From contig CAWIAD010000002.1 of NCBI GenBank assembly GCA_963833985.1, forward strand, positions 5,888,001-5,952,000: a stretch of DNA of 64,000 bases, read 5' to 3'. Positions 47,665-61,100 of the stretch are shown piece by piece; within the stretch, counting starts at the first letter, position 1, and each line of letters starts with the position of its first letter. The notes beneath the pieces were generated by a model. The model was not told where the DNA came from. It saw only the letters and a program-made list of their open reading frames with translations, and made no database searches. This DNA comes from an uncultured Planctomycetaceae bacterium (GTDB lineage: Bacteria > Planctomycetota > Planctomycetia > Isosphaerales > Isosphaeraceae). The position numbers were made by a program, and so were the translations under genes.

Positions 47665-49554
47665 CTAGCTGGGGTAGAGTACGCCTGGGAAGTCGGCGCG
47701 AGCTCTCTGGAATTGCGATTCCCATTTAACCGGCCAGCCGAAGGCCCGGGTCGCGAGGGGCCTCAGGTCCTGCGCGGCCGCTCCGCTCATGAAGTGGATG
47801 AATTCGCCCCAGTTCAGGCTATCACGCGAGAACTTCAGGCATTTGCCGTTCTCGAGACTCTCCTTTGGAAAATGCTTCGAGATCAGTCGGAAGTAGTTGA
47901 CCATCACCTGGGCATGGCCGTGCTCACGCCAGAGCGGGTGGAAAAAGTCACGGAACCAGCGGGTCTTCGCCCTCGGGAAATTGTCGACGCTCTCGGTGAA
48001 TCGTCGACGGGCTTCTTCGGCTTCCTTGACCTGTCCGATCCCCATGCGGAGGTCGTACTCGAAGAATTCGGCCCACTTGCTGTCGCCCCAGATGCCGCCG
48101 AATGCCGGAGAGCCCTGGACTCCGTTGCTGGCGCCTTCGACGATGTGACCGATCTCGTGAATGATGTAACCGTCCTTGGACCGGTCCCAGGCATCCATGC
48201 CGATGTCGATGACGTTTCTATCGTCATGGCTTGAGTCGAGATAGGTCGAAGGGTGCCCGCCACCGTACTTGTCCTGATGGAGGATCACGAAGAGACGATC
48301 GTCCGGGGAGCCGAACTCTCCATAGGTCTGCTTCGTGTACTGCCAGACGCGGGTCGCGACCGGGAGGGCCCATCGAGCATGTTCCAGCGGCATCTCTCGA
48401 TCGAAGTAGAGAGCCACGTCGTCATTGCATGCCGAAAGTTTGAGGGGCTGGTCATGCTCAAACCAGTGCTCCTTCCACCCGGCGGGGGGCGAGGCGGGTG
48501 AGTGATTCGGACGGGTCCAGGTTCCCGTACCGGTTGACCAGACCACGCGGGCCTTGTCGTAGATCACGACATTACCGTCATCCTGGACCCGAAGGTCGGC
48601 GCCGGGATGGTGGTGACTTCCCGAGCTCCAGAGCGGCCGGTGCTGCGGCCCGTAAAGGACAAGATTGCCGTCTGAAGCCATCACAGCCTCAACCGCGGGT
48701 TGTCCCTGCGTACCGGATGCCCAGGAAGCCCCACGCTGCGGCCCATAGAGGACCAGGTTGCCGTCGTTTTGCAGCACGAGGTGATACTGCCCACCGGGCG
48801 AGGTCCACGACTGGCCCGGTACGATGCGTCGCGGGCCAAAGGCCTGGATCCGCTCGGCAACGCGGGCCGCGACGATGAAGTAGCCCCGATGGTTCAGGTG
48901 GATACGGTCGCTTGCGAAATAGACCGGATTGTGCTGGGCTCCGTCGATCCCGATCTGACCGTCGGAGTGGAGCGGCACGACGCCATCAACGCTCGGGTAG
49001 AGTGCCGGCAACCGCGCGTCGAAATCTGCACGCCGCTGGTTATCGAGGCACCGGCGCTGTTCGGGAGTGCCCGGGAGCGCGGTCTGATCGGCGAACCTGG
49101 ATCGGGGTGTCGAGGTCAGGAGAAGAACCTTGTCAAAGCCCGAGCTCCGCGCACGTGCGGTGATCCGGGACAGGATGCTCGCCAGCTCGTCGGGAGTGGT
49201 ACCCGAGACAAGGTCGTCGCCCGCCTCCCAGAGCACGAGGACATTCAGGGCACAGGAGCGGTCGAGCTGGCGGCCGATCTGAGCGTCGAAGGTCTCAAGA
49301 ACCTGGCGCACCGTCTGTCCCGGACCCGCCGAATTCTGTCCCTTCCAACGCCCACCGAGGATCGCCAGGCATTGTGCGGGGTAAGACCCATGCGGCCCGG
49401 CACCGATACCCGCCGTGAGGGAGTCGCCGGCAAACACGACGTTTCCGGTCACTTCCTCAGCGACCGAAGGGGCTGCCAGCCCCGCGAACAAACCTGCGAG
49501 CGCGCAGCAACAGACACTCCAGGGGACAGACCAGGCCCGAAAACGCATCACCAT
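47665..49554 (-). CDS. Secreted protein with SGNH/GDSL hydrolase, bulb-type lectin and HExxH domains
   Basis: Signal peptide, FAGDSLTAG...DRIHLN, three repeats of (Q)xDGNLV.Y, and IIHEIGHIVE. Confidence 0.8.
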   Translation of the reverse strand: MVMRFRAWSVPWSVCCCALAGLFAGLAAPSVAEEVTGNVVFAGDSLTAGIGAGPHGSYPAQCLAILGGRWKGQNSAGPGQTVRQVLETFDAQIGRQLDRSCALNVLVLWEAGDDLVSGTTPDELASILSRITARARSSGFDKVLLLTSTPRSRFADQTALPGTPEQRRCLDNQRRADFDARLPALYPSVDGVVPLHSDGQIGIDGAQHNPVYFASDRIHLNHRGYFIVAARVAERIQAFGPRRIVPGQSWTSPGGQYHLVLQNDGNLVLYGPQRGASWASGTQGQPAVEAVMASDGNLVLYGPQHRPLWSSGSHHHPGADLRVQDDGNVVIYDKARVVWSTGTGTWTRPNHSPASPPAGWKEHWFEHDQPLKLSACNDDVALYFDREMPLEHARWALPVATRVWQYTKQTYGEFGSPDDRLFVILHQDKYGGGHPSTYLDSSHDDRNVIDIGMDAWDRSKDGYIIHEIGHIVEGASNGVQGSPAFGGIWGDSKWAEFFEYDLRMGIGQVKEAEEARRRFTESVDNFPRAKTRWFRDFFHPLWREHGHAQVMVNYFRLISKHFPKESLENGKCLKFSRDSLNWGEFIHFMSGAAAQDLRPLATRAFGWPVKWESQFQRARADFPGVLYPS

Positions 49555-49848
49555 GATCCTCCAGACGCTTTCCGGTTCGCTGGCAAGTCTCGCGTACCTG
49601 GCCCAGATTTCTCCGGCGAGCGGGCCCTCCGCAATTGAACCTCCCTGCCCCATTGTGAATCGATGCCGCCAGAAACAATCAACCGTCGCGTGTCAGCCGA
49701 AACGACACGCCGGGCGACTCAGGGATCGGTATCTCCAGGGGTATGATGACGAAAACCCGAAGGACCGTCCATGAGCTTGAATGGGAACCGATGGAGTTTG
49801 CCGCGCCTTGGCTCAGCTGGAATATCGCACTCGCGGCGAACTGACTCA

Positions 49849-50700
49849 CTACAGCATGGGAAGGCGGCGGGGACGGGGCCCAGGCGGGAAGGCTTCGTCG
49901 ATCCGTGCAAGCTCGGCTTCCGTGAGTCGTAGCACCCCGGCCCCTGCGTTTTCAACGGCGTGATCGATCTGGAAGGCCTTCGGAATCGCGAACAGCGCAG
50001 GACTTCGCACCAGAAACCGGAGCGCGACCTGGCGCGGGGTCGCGTTGTGCGTGGCGGCGATCTCCTGGAGCGCGCGGCCCTTGCGGGTGTGAGGGCCCGG
50101 AAAACTGCCATGACCAAGCGGGCTATAGGCGACGACCGCAACACCGTGCTGCTCACACCAGGGAATCACGGCGTGCTCGATTGCGCACTCGTTGAGGTGG
50201 TAGAGAACCTGGTTGCACGCGAGACGGCCCGGTCCGGCGATTGCCAGGGCTTCATCAAGGTCGCGCTGGTCGAAGTTGCTCACCCCCCAGGACAGGATCT
50301 TCCCTTCGCGCCGGAGCTGATCGAAAGCCGAGAACGTTTCCTCCAGGGGAGAATTGCCCCGCCAGTGCAGAAGGTAGCAGTCCAGCCGGTCGGTGCCGAG
50401 ACGTGCGAGCGAGGCCTCGCAGGCCGCCATCGTCCCGCGTCGGGACGCATTCTGGGGGAGGACCTTGGAGACCAGGAAGACCCCTTCGCGTCGTCCGGCG
50501 ATCGCCTCGCCGACGATCTCCTCGGCGTCGCCCGATCCGTACATCTCCGCGGTGTCAATATGAGTCATGCCCAGTTCCATGCCCCGGCGGAGGGCGGCGA
50601 TCGCCTGAATGCGATCAACCTTGTGGCTGTCGTTGGACCAGGTACCCTGACCGATGACCGGGACCTCGCGATCCATGGGCCCGAATTGACGTCGTTCCAT
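49849..50700 (-). CDS. Aldo/keto reductase
   Basis: Motifs IGQGTW, IDTAEMYG, FLVSKV, YLLHW, GVSNF and AYSPLG. Confidence 0.93.
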   Translation of the reverse strand: MERRQFGPMDREVPVIGQGTWSNDSHKVDRIQAIAALRRGMELGMTHIDTAEMYGSGDAEEIVGEAIAGRREGVFLVSKVLPQNASRRGTMAACEASLARLGTDRLDCYLLHWRGNSPLEETFSAFDQLRREGKILSWGVSNFDQRDLDEALAIAGPGRLACNQVLYHLNECAIEHAVIPWCEQHGVAVVAYSPLGHGSFPGPHTRKGRALQEIAATHNATPRQVALRFLVRSPALFAIPKAFQIDHAVENAGAGVLRLTEAELARIDEAFPPGPRPRRLPML

Positions 50701-50811
50701 GTGTGTTCTCCGCTTTGGATTCGCAATCAGTCCGAGTCGGCGTTCGAATCTCGCCGGTCATTGTCTTTCTCGACATGCCTGGGCTGGCACGACCCAGCCC
50801 GCCACTCAGAC

Positions 50812-51258
50812 CTAGCCTATAACCTTCTCGAGCCGCCTCACGATCTCCGATTTCGGCTGAGCACCGACGATGCGATCGACCTCCCGGCCGCCTTTGAGGA
50901 TCACAAGGGTCGGTATGCTGCGCGCCTGGAATCGGGCCGCCGTCGCGGGATTCTCGTCGACGTTGAGCTTGGCGAACCGCACCCGCCCCGCCAGCTCGGA
51001 TGCCAGCTCGTCGATCACGGGCGCGATCATGCGGCAGGGGCCGCACCATGCAGCCCACATGTCGACGACCACTGGCAGTGGCAAGTTTTCGACCTCTGAC
51101 GAGAACGTCGCGTCGGTGACTTTCACCGGTTCGAAATCAAAGGGCATGCGCCCCTTGCAACGCCCGCACACCGGTTGAAGACCACTCCGGACCTTCTCCA
51201 GCGGCACTCGATTGGTGGCGCCGCAGGAATGGCAACGAATCAGACTCGTCTCGGACAT
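50812..51258 (-). CDS. trxC: Thioredoxin 2 type with N-terminal zinc finger
   Basis: CHSC...CGRC zinc motifs followed by WCGPC. Confidence 0.88.
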   Translation of the reverse strand: MSETSLIRCHSCGATNRVPLEKVRSGLQPVCGRCKGRMPFDFEPVKVTDATFSSEVENLPLPVVVDMWAAWCGPCRMIAPVIDELASELAGRVRFAKLNVDENPATAARFQARSIPTLVILKGGREVDRIVGAQPKSEIVRRLEKVIG

Positions 51259-51941
51259 GATGGCCTTGCTCCTCGCGTTCTTGCCTCCGCCTGTCATTCT
51301 CATCCCGGCCGGGAACTGTTCCTGATTCACCATCATCTCGACAGGGACTTCCTACGCACGATTCTACGGCCGGTGCCCACGTCTGTCGGGCCATCCGTTT
51401 CATCCGGAGGCAATCTCGGTTCCGTCACCCTGGTTCAGCCGCGTCGGAGCGGCGATGCGACAAGAGCATATCGGCACCCACTTTGATGCGCAAGGTCTAC
51501 CCGGCCGGGCACCGGCCATCGAATCGCCCCTGCACGATCAAGCTCATCCGGAGTGCCCAGGCGTCGGGAAACCACCCCAGGTTCAAGACACCTGAGGCGA
51601 CTCTGGCGCGCCGATTGCCGGCTCACCGACGGAAGCAGAGAGACCTACCAACGGTGGCGTATGAAGATTAACCAAGACACACGTTAAATATGTGTAATGG
51701 ACCACGATTTGCGGGCTTTCCGGGCGCATCGAATGGCGGTCGTTTGTAGCCCGGGAAGCTGCAGAATCCATGCAATCGATAGCGGATTGAACCCGAGAGC
51801 GGTTCTGAGAAGTGCGAGTGTTCGGGTGACCAGGACGAATCCGGTGAGGTTCATCGGCGGCTTGATCGATTGAGCCGCCGGAAGCCGGGCGTCGCGTTGA
51901 GTTTGCGTGAACAGGGCAAAGCCGCAGGGAGGGACCAGAGC

Positions 51942-52148
51942 ATGACAGGCCAGGATTCCGCAATCTACAAGGTCGTCGTGAACCATGAGGAACAGTATTC
52001 GATCTGGTTCGCTGATCGGGAGATTCCGCCGGGCTGGAAGGAAGCCGGTAAACAAGGTTCGAGAGAAGAGTGCCTCGCTTACATCGATGAGGTCTGGACG
52101 GACATGCGTCCTCTGAGCCTCAGAAAACGGATGGGCGAGGTGAGCTGA
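51942..52148 (+). CDS. mbtH: MbtH-like NRPS accessory protein
   Basis: VVVNHEEQYSIW...PPGW...CLAYIDEVWTDMRPLSL. Confidence 0.95.
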   Translation: MTGQDSAIYKVVVNHEEQYSIWFADREIPPGWKEAGKQGSREECLAYIDEVWTDMRPLSLRKRMGEVS

Positions 52149-52149
52149 C

Positions 52150-55100
52150 ATGGTGAGTCGATGCACGGAGGGTCCCGCTGAGTGTTCGAGCCTGGTCGAA
52201 GTGTTGAGGCAGCGTACTGCGAAGGATCCGGCAGCCGCCCTCTTTGCGTTCCATCCGGACGGGGAGCCTGGCTGCCCGCAGCGCTTGACCCGGCGCGGGC
52301 TTGACGAAGAGGCCAGAAGAATTGCGGCCCGGCTGCAAAGGACGGAGCTGGCGGGCCAGCGCGCGCTGCTCTTGTACCCGCCAGGACTCGATTTCATTGC
52401 GGCTTTTTTTGGATGTCTCTATGCCGGAGTGGTGGCCGTCCCGGCCAACGTTCCAAGAGGGAAACGACCCTCGCCTCGATTGAGCTCGATCATCATCGAT
52501 GCACGACCTTCGGTTATCCTCACATGCGGCTCACAGCGAGAAGACGGGGAGCGCTGGGCGATCTCCATCCCCGAACTTCAAAACATATCCCGGCTCATGA
52601 CCGGTGAGGGCGGGGACGTCCTGCCCTCCCCGGAAGACTGGACCGAAACCGGCCTCAGCCGTGAAACCCTTGCCTTTCTCCAGTACACATCGGGCTCAAC
52701 CGCAGCTCCCAAAGGGGTGATGATCACCCATGGCAACTTGCTTGCGAACTCAGCCCGAATCATGAGCCACTTCGGCGCTGCGTCGGAGAGCCGAGGGGTC
52801 TTCTGGCTGCCCCTGTTCCATGACATGGGACTGATCGGCGGCATGATCCAGACCGTCTATAGCGGAGGCGTCAGCACGTTCCTTTCTCCAGTGCATTTTC
52901 TCCAGCGACCGCTTCGCTGGCTGCGAGCCATCACGTCCGACCGTGCCACGATCAGCGGCGGGCCGAACTTTGCCTACGATCTCTGCGTCGACAGGACGAC
53001 GCCGGCGGAGCGTACGGAACTGGATCTGAGCTGCTGGCAGGTGGCCTTCAATGGTGCCGAGATGATCCGTCCCGAGACGATGGAGCGGTTTGCTCGGGCG
53101 TTCGCGCCGGCGGGCTTTCGCCGCGAGGCGTTTCTGCCGTGCTACGGCCTGGCCGAGGCCACGCTCCTGGTTTCGAGCGACACGTCGAGCCGCGAACCGG
53201 TGACCGCGTCGCTGGACAGGAGAGCCCTGGAACACGGCAATGCCGTCGAGCTGTCGGAGCCTGCCGACCAGGTCCGATTGCTGGCGGCCAGCGGCAACGT
53301 CGTTGCTGATCATCGGGTCGTGATCGTCGATCCCGCAACCTGCACCCCGTGCCCTGGTGACCGAGTTGGCGAGATCTGGGTTCAAGGGCCGAGCATCGCG
53401 CAAGGTTACTGGGGGCGGAGCGGGGAGACCGAGGAGGTGTTCCGCGCCACTCTTGCCGGTGATGGCGCGGCCCCGTTCCTGCGGACCGGAGACCTGGGGT
53501 TTCTGAAGGATGGTCTCCTGTACGTCACCGGACGCATCAAGGAACTGATCATCATTCGGGGCCGCAACATCTATCCTCAGGATATCGAACGGGCCGTCGA
53601 GATGTGCCACCCGCTGCTTCGTGGCGATGGTGGTGCGGCTTTTTCGATCGATGAAGCTGATGAAGAGCGGCTTGTCGTCGTTCACGAGATCGAGAGGCAT
53701 GCCGGCGAGGCGGTGGTCAATGAAGTCATCATGGCTGTTCGCCAGGCGATCGCCGAACAGTTCGAGGTCGAGGTCCATGCCATCCGGTTCATCAAGCCGC
53801 TGAAGCTGCCCAGGACCTCGAGCGGAAAAGTTCAGCGCCGCCTGTGCCGCGCGCAGTTCCTGGCCGGCACACTCGAAGTCCTTGCTGGCTGGACTCGCAC
53901 TCATTCGGAAAACCCCCCGCGTCCACCCGAGACTCCGGCCGGGATCGAGCAATTTCCCGTGCGAAACGAGACCGGCGCCACTTCGGCCAGGGCGATTGAA
54001 GACTGGTTGACCGCGAAAGTCGCGGCTCCACTGAATATGAATCCGGAGCAAGTGAGCACGCACCGGCCGCTCTCGAGCTTCGGTCTCGGCTCGCTCCAGG
54101 CAGTCCAGCTCGCAGCGGAGCTCGAGCAATGGTTGGGCCGCAAGCTGCCTGCCACGCTGATCTACGACCATCCGACGATCGACGCCCTGGCACGCTTCCT
54201 CGGGAAGGAATCTCACCCGGGGGAGAGCCGACAAAAAGCAGAGCCGGATCCTCGATCTCGGCAAGAGCCGGTCGCCATCATCGGGATTGGTTGCAGGTTC
54301 CCCGGGGCGAGCGGACCGGAAGAATTCTGGAGATTGCTGCGCGACGAAGTCGATGCGGTCGGTCCGATCCCGCCCGCGCGCTGGGATGAGGAGTCCTCGA
54401 GGGCGCTCGGAATTCCTCATCAGGGCGGCTTCCTGAAGGATGTCGATCGGTTCGACGCCGACTTCTTCGGAGTCTCGCCGCGTGAGGCCGTTTTCATCGA
54501 CCCGCAACATCGATTGCTGCTCGAGACGGCCTGGGAGGCGATTGAAGACGCGGGCTACGCGCTCGAGCGCCTCGCGGGAACATCGGTCGGGGTGTTCGTC
54601 GGCATCTCCACGAACGACTATGCTCAGCTCCAGGCGATCCGCGGTGGTGCCAGCAACGGCTACCGCATCACCGGGAATGCCGCCAGCATCGCGGCGAATC
54701 GCATCTCCTATCACTTCGACTTCCACGGCCCGAGCCTTGCGGTCGACACGGCTTGTTCGTCCTCGCTGGTGGCCGTGCACCTGGCGTGCAAAAGCCTGCG
54801 AGATGGTGAATGCGACCTGGCGATCGCTGGCGGAGTGAACCTGATCCTGCTGCCGGAGGTGTTTGCAAGTTTCGCGAAGGCAGGTTTTCTTTCGCCCGAA
54901 GGACGGTGCCGCACATTCGATGCGCAGGCAAGTGGCTACACCCGCGGCGAAGGGGTGGGGACGATCGTGCTCGCCCCGCTCTCGCACGCTCTGGGCAAGG
55001 GCGACCCGATCTACGCCGTGATCCGGGGCGGCGCTGTGAACCAGGACGGACGCAGCAATGGGTTGACCGCCCCCAACCGCTCGGCGCAGGAATCCTTGCT

Positions 55101-58100
55101 CCGTGAAGCCCATCGGCGGGCCGGAATCGCTCCCGGAGAGATTGACTATGTTGAGGCACACGGCACAGGTACCTTGCTGGGCGATCCGATCGAGGCCAGC
55201 GCGCTCGGGGAGGTTTTGTCGGCAGGGCGCACGTCCGAGAGCCCCTGTGCCCTCGGCTCGGTCAAGACCAACATCGGTCACCTCGAGGCCGCGGCCGGGA
55301 TCGCGGGACTGATCAAGACTGCACTGGCGCTTCAACACGGAGAAATCCCGCCAAGCCTCCATTATTCTGAACCCAATCCGCATATCGCATTTCACGAGCT
55401 TCCACTTCGCGTGCAGCGAGAACTTGCTCCCTGGCCCCGCAACGGCCGCCCCGCGGTTGCGGCCGTGAGTTCACTGGGGTTCGGCGGAACCAATGCACAC
55501 CTGGTACTCCAGGAGGCGCCGTCAGCCGGCGCGATGCATGCGGACACGGAAATCGAATCGCGTGCCCGGAGTGCTTCCGAGCAAGTCCTGATTCCGCTCT
55601 CCGCCAGGTCCTGGGACGCCCTTCATGATGCGGCTCGTCAGGTACGGGACGTGCTGTGCGCAGCGGACCGAGAAACGAACCTCGCTGACATGGCTCACAC
55701 GCTTCGCGCGCGGCGCGGACACCATGATTTCCGGCTGGCTCTGCTGGTCTCGAATGCCGATGAAGCAGTGGCGGCGATCGATCACTTTCGTCGCGGCGAG
55801 CCCCACGTCTGTGCCGCATCAGGTCGCCGGCTGCCCGGGCGCCGACCTGGCCTGGCGTTCGTCTTTTCCGATCTCGGCGACCTCTCGGCGGGAGTCGGAC
55901 GAGACCTTCCTGCTGCCGAGCCAGCCTTTCGCAAGGCGGTCGAGCGCCTGGACGCCGTTCTGGCGCCTCGGCTGGGGTGGTCGCCTGGCGCAATGCTGAT
56001 GGGTCCGGGGGCGTCTCCGCGGATCAGCGATTCCCGGGCTGCTCGAGCGGTTCACTTCGTGCTCCAGGTTGCATTGGCGGAGTTGTGGAACTCGTGGGGA
56101 ATCATCCCGGACCATGTACTTGGCAACGGCACCGGAGACCTCGCCGCGGCTCATGTTTCCGGCCTGCTGAACCTGGAGCTCGCGGCCGCCGTTGTCTCGA
56201 ACGAAATCGAGCCAGAGCAAGGGGAAAACTGGACACATCCAGATGGCTCCCTGGAGGAAGCACTCTCCGGTCTCGCCGGGAGCGGAGTGCAGCTTTTCGT
56301 CGAGATCAGCCGGCACCCGTCCCTGGTTGCGGAGATCAGGAAGAGTGTCCGCATTCCCGGCGCTGAGCCGCTGGTCCTGGCGTCACTCCATCGCGGTGAA
56401 AGCAGTCTTGAAACGCTTCGGTCCTCGGCGGCGTTTCTCTACACGCGCGGGCTGGACCTTGAATGGTCGCGGGTCACGCCTCCGGGCCGCCTGGTCCGGC
56501 TTCCAGGTTACCCCTGGCAGCGCGAGCGGTACTGGATCGAGACAGCCGATCATGGGACACCGAACCGGGTCCACGTGAAGCATGGTGAGCGCGATGGAGA
56601 GCCACCGGGCGACACGGCAAGTGAGAGAAACGGACGGTCCGTCGAGCGTCGCCATTTTCCGGACAAGGAAAGTCCTGGAAAGGGTCAGGCAAAGCCCCAT
56701 GACCTCATCACTCACTCCGGCCTTGACGCTGCGGTGGCCGAGCCTGCTGCCGTCGACAGGGTGCCTGGCGGAGAGCCTCACGTTCGGGTCGAGGATCGCC
56801 GTCAACGGTTGCTTGAAGGCTTGCGGAAGCAACTGGCTCTCGTTCTTGGAATGGAGCAGGAGAAGGTCGATCCCGACCGGCCCCTGCTATCGATGGGGCT
56901 CGATTCCTTGACGGCCGTCGATCTGAAGATGGCGGCTGAGTCGTCCCTGGGGATTCAGTTTCCGCTCTCGTCACTGCTCGAGGGAACGACTCTTCGCGAA
57001 CTGGCCGCGAGTTTTGTTGCGACAGACTCCGGGAATCCGCCCGGATCGGCTGTCACAAGCGGCCGGACCGATGCGGTCCCGCCGTTGTCCCTGACGGCTC
57101 CATCGGAAAGCCGCGAGCTCGACCAGCGGCTCTCGCATGGGCAGCAGATGCTCTGGTATGCGCACCAGTTTGCGCCTGCCGGGGCAGCCTACCATGTAAC
57201 GGGTGCCGGGCGGGTCCGAGCGAAGCTCGATTTCACTGCGCTGCGACGCGCATTCCGGCGTGTCATCGCTGCACAGGATGCACTGAGGACCACGTTCGAC
57301 GTTGTTGCCGAGAGACCGACAGTCCGCCTCCTGGATGAGTCTGTGCTGGCAAGTCGTGAGGACGAGTGGCTGCCGATCCTGGATGTTTCGGATCAGGACG
57401 ATGCGGAGATCCAGGACAAACTGGCCGGGCTGGCAAGCCGGCCCTTCGATCTCGGCCGAGGCCCGCTCTTCCGTGTGCATCTCCTCAGCCGCTCGGCCTC
57501 GGATCACGTCTTCCTGCTGGTCTTTCATCACATCATCGCCGACTTCTGGTCGACGGGCATCTTCGTCAGCGACCTGATGTCCGCCTATGCCGCGGAGCTC
57601 GAAGGACGCGGGGAAGCTGGGCCGCCAAATCGGGTGCGATATGCCGATTTCGCGAACTGGCAGCATCAAATGGTTGCCGGTGAGGAGGGAGAGCGGCACT
57701 GGACGTACTGGAAAGACCAGCTTGCCGGACCGCTCCCTGTCCTTGAGCTTCCGACCGACTTCCCGAGACCTCCCGTTCAAAGTTTCCGAGGCACGACTCG
57801 CCGCTTCGAGGTCGATCCGCAGTTGACCAGGCGGTTCGTCGCATTCTGCGAGGATCGCGGCGTCAGCCTGTATGCCGCTCTGCTTGCTGCCTTTCAGATT
57901 CTCCTGCGCGCTACACCGGCCAGCGCGACATCATTGTCGGTACGCCCGCATCCGGCAGGACGCGTCCGGAATTCCAGCATCTGGTGGGTTACTTCGTCAA
58001 CCTGCTGCCAATGCGCAGCGATCTGTCCGAGAATTTGCCCTTCGACGAGTTTCTGAATCATGTTCGACGGACGGTTGCCGACGGGCTGGAGCACCAGGAC

Positions 58101-61100
58101 TTTCCCTTCGGCGTGCTCGCGCATCGGCTCCAGAAGCATGCCGATCCCAGCCGGCCGCCGATTTTCCAGGTGATGTTTGCCCATCAGAAAGTCCAGCCCC
58201 TGGACGTGCAGGGACTGGCCCCCTTCGCCCTGGGCATACCGGGTGCGCGCCTGGACCTGGGTCTTCTGAGTGCCGAATCCGTCGCATTCGACAAGCTGTG
58301 TGCTCTCTTCGATCTCACGATGATGACCGCGCGGCAGGGCGATCGACTGCTTGTTGCGCTGGAATACAGCACCGATCTCTTCACGGCTGAATGGATCGAC
58401 CGTCTGGCGGCGGGTTTCCAGAATCTGCTCGCGCATGTGGTCACCGATCCACGGTGCCGCATCGATGATTTTCCGCTGCTCTCGGAGGCCGAACAGCAGC
58501 GACTGCTGCACGATTGGTCTGCGCCGGTCAGCATTTCGCACCAGGATCTCGCCGTCCACCGTCGTTTCGAGAGGCAGGCCAAGGAGTCACCCGAGGCGAC
58601 CGCACTCGCCTTCGGTGAAGAAACTTTGACCTATCGAGAGCTGAATCGATGGTCAAACATCGTGGCACGGCGGCTGACCGGGTTGAGTATCGGTCCGGAA
58701 ACCGTCATCGCCATCCATCTCGAGCCATGGCCGATGCGGATGGCCGCGGTGCTGGGCGCCCTCAAGGCGGGATGTGCCTACTTGCCGCTCGAGCCGGACC
58801 ATCCCCGGGAGCGGCTTGCGGCGATGCTCGGCGGCTCCAGTGCCACGGTGCTCGTGACCGATGAGACTCCTCGGAATCGAATCCCCGCGGGCGACGCGCG
58901 GGTTGTGACCCTGGATTCCCTGATGAACACGACTGTGGGGGATGACCCGGTCAATCCCGGACTTCCTGTGGCGGATGCCAACCTGGCTTACGTACTGTAC
59001 ACATCGGGGACGACAGGCCGGCCCAAGGGTGTGATGGTCACGCACGGCGGGCTCATGGCAGCCGCCGATGCCTGGCGGCAAGCCTACGAGCTTGATGGAC
59101 CGCCGCGCCGGCACCTTCAGGCCGCGGGCTTCGGCTTTGACGTCTTTGCCGGCGAATGGATCCGAGCCCTCACCACCGGTGGTACGCTGGTGGCTTGCCC
59201 CAGACACGTCGCGCTCGACCCCCCGGCTCTGACCACGCTGATCCGACGCCAGCAGGTCGAGTGCCTGGAGCTGGTCCCGGCACTCGCCCAGGCGCTGGCC
59301 GATCACCTGGAAAACCAGGGCGAGCATCTGCTGGGTGTACGGCTGCTGGCAGTGGGCTCCGACACCCTGCGAGGGCCTCTGTACCGGCGGCTGCGCCGCC
59401 TTCTGGGACCCGGCGCCAGGGTGGTCAACTCTTATGGACTGACCGAGGCCACCATCGACAGTGCCTGCTTCGATGGCAGGCACCAGGGAGACGCCGCCGT
59501 ACCAATCGGCCGGCCTCTACCCGGCACGCGGGCCTACGTGCTGGACCCGCGTGGGGGGCTCGTGCCTGCGGGGATTGATGGCGAGCTCTACATCGGTGGG
59601 CCCGGAGTGGCGCGGGGTTACCTGGGCGACGCGAGACTGACGGCGGCGCGGTTCGTACCCGACCCGTGGGGAGGACCGGGGGCCCGCATGTACGCGACCG
59701 GCGACCGAGCGCGGTGGCGTGACGATGGCGTGCTTCAGCTCCTGGGGCGGCACGACGGTCAGGTGAAGATACGCGGTGTTCGCATCGAGCTCGAAGAGGT
59801 CGAAGCTGTGCTGTCGCGCCACCCCGAGGTCCGTTCGGCCGCGGTCCTTGTACGTGAGGACTCTCGGGGTCGCAGAGAGCTGGCGGCGTATGTGGTGGCT
59901 GTACAGGACCCGGGTCCCGAAGTATCGGCCCTGCGGCGCTGGCTCAAGGATCGCCTGCCCGAACCGATGATCCCCACCTCGATCATATTCTTGCCCCGAA
60001 TGCCGCTGTCGTCCAACGGCAAGCTGGATCGCTCGGCACTTCCGCCGCTTGTGGGGACTTTCAACGAAGAGGCCATGCTGGTGGCCCCGCGCACAGCCGC
60101 CGAGACGATCCTGGCCGAGATTGTGGCGGAGGTCGCAGGCCGGGGCCGCGTTGGCATTCATGCCAATTTCTTCGAGCTGGGCATCGATTCCATCGCCGGG
60201 ATCCGTCTTATCGCCCGCGCGCGGCAGCAGGGGCTGGTCCTGGAGCCGGCTCTGCTCTTTTCCCATCCAACGATTGCGGAGCTGGCGGCCGCGGCATACG
60301 CCAATCCGGCAGGCTTTGATGTATCGCCAGCGCGTGAGATCGCCCCGTTTGAGCTGGCTCCCGAGGGATTCGACCGCGCCGCGCTGGAGCGCAGCGTTGG
60401 CGGCGAGATCGAAGACGCCTATCCGCTCACCGGCGTCCAGGAGGCCATGCTGTTTCATGCCCTGGCGGCGCCCGAGGCAGGGCAGTACCTGGAACAGTTC
60501 ACATGTGAAATTCGAGGAGATCTCGACATCGAGAGGCTTCGCAAGTCCTGGCAACACGTCATCGCGCGGCATCCGGCGCTACGATCGACGCTCCAGTGGA
60601 CGACACGAGGCCGTCCCTACCAGATCGTCCACAAGAGGCTGGACCAGGACGTTGATCTGCACGACTGGCGAGGACTCTCGGTGGACGAGCAAGAAGCGCG
60701 GTTCGCCGCATACCTCACGGCGGACCGCCGGCGAGGATTCGATGCCGGTCAACCGCCGCTGTCGCGTCTGGCGGTCTTTCAGCTCGAGGAACGCCTGAAC
60801 CGACTACTCTGGAGCGTTCACCACGTTGTGATCGATGGCTGGTGCCTGACCCTCGTCCTGGACGAGGTACTCAACGGTTATGAAGCGATGAGGGCGGGCC
60901 GGGAGATCGAGTCACCCACAAGCCGGCCATTCCGTGACTATGTCGGCTGGCTGCAAGGGCAGAACGACTCCGATGCGGACGCCTACTGGCGTCGAACCCT
61001 GGCCGGGTTCACCCAGGCGACGCCGCTGGGACTGACGGAGCGGGCGCCGGACGGCAGCCCTCTCCCGCCCGGAGCAATGTCCGACAGGGAGATCCGACTT

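Noticed and set aside
51900..51941. GGCAAA-containing leader before mbtH as a c-di-GMP riboswitch
   Set aside because: It lacks the second stem and tetraloop/receptor pattern.
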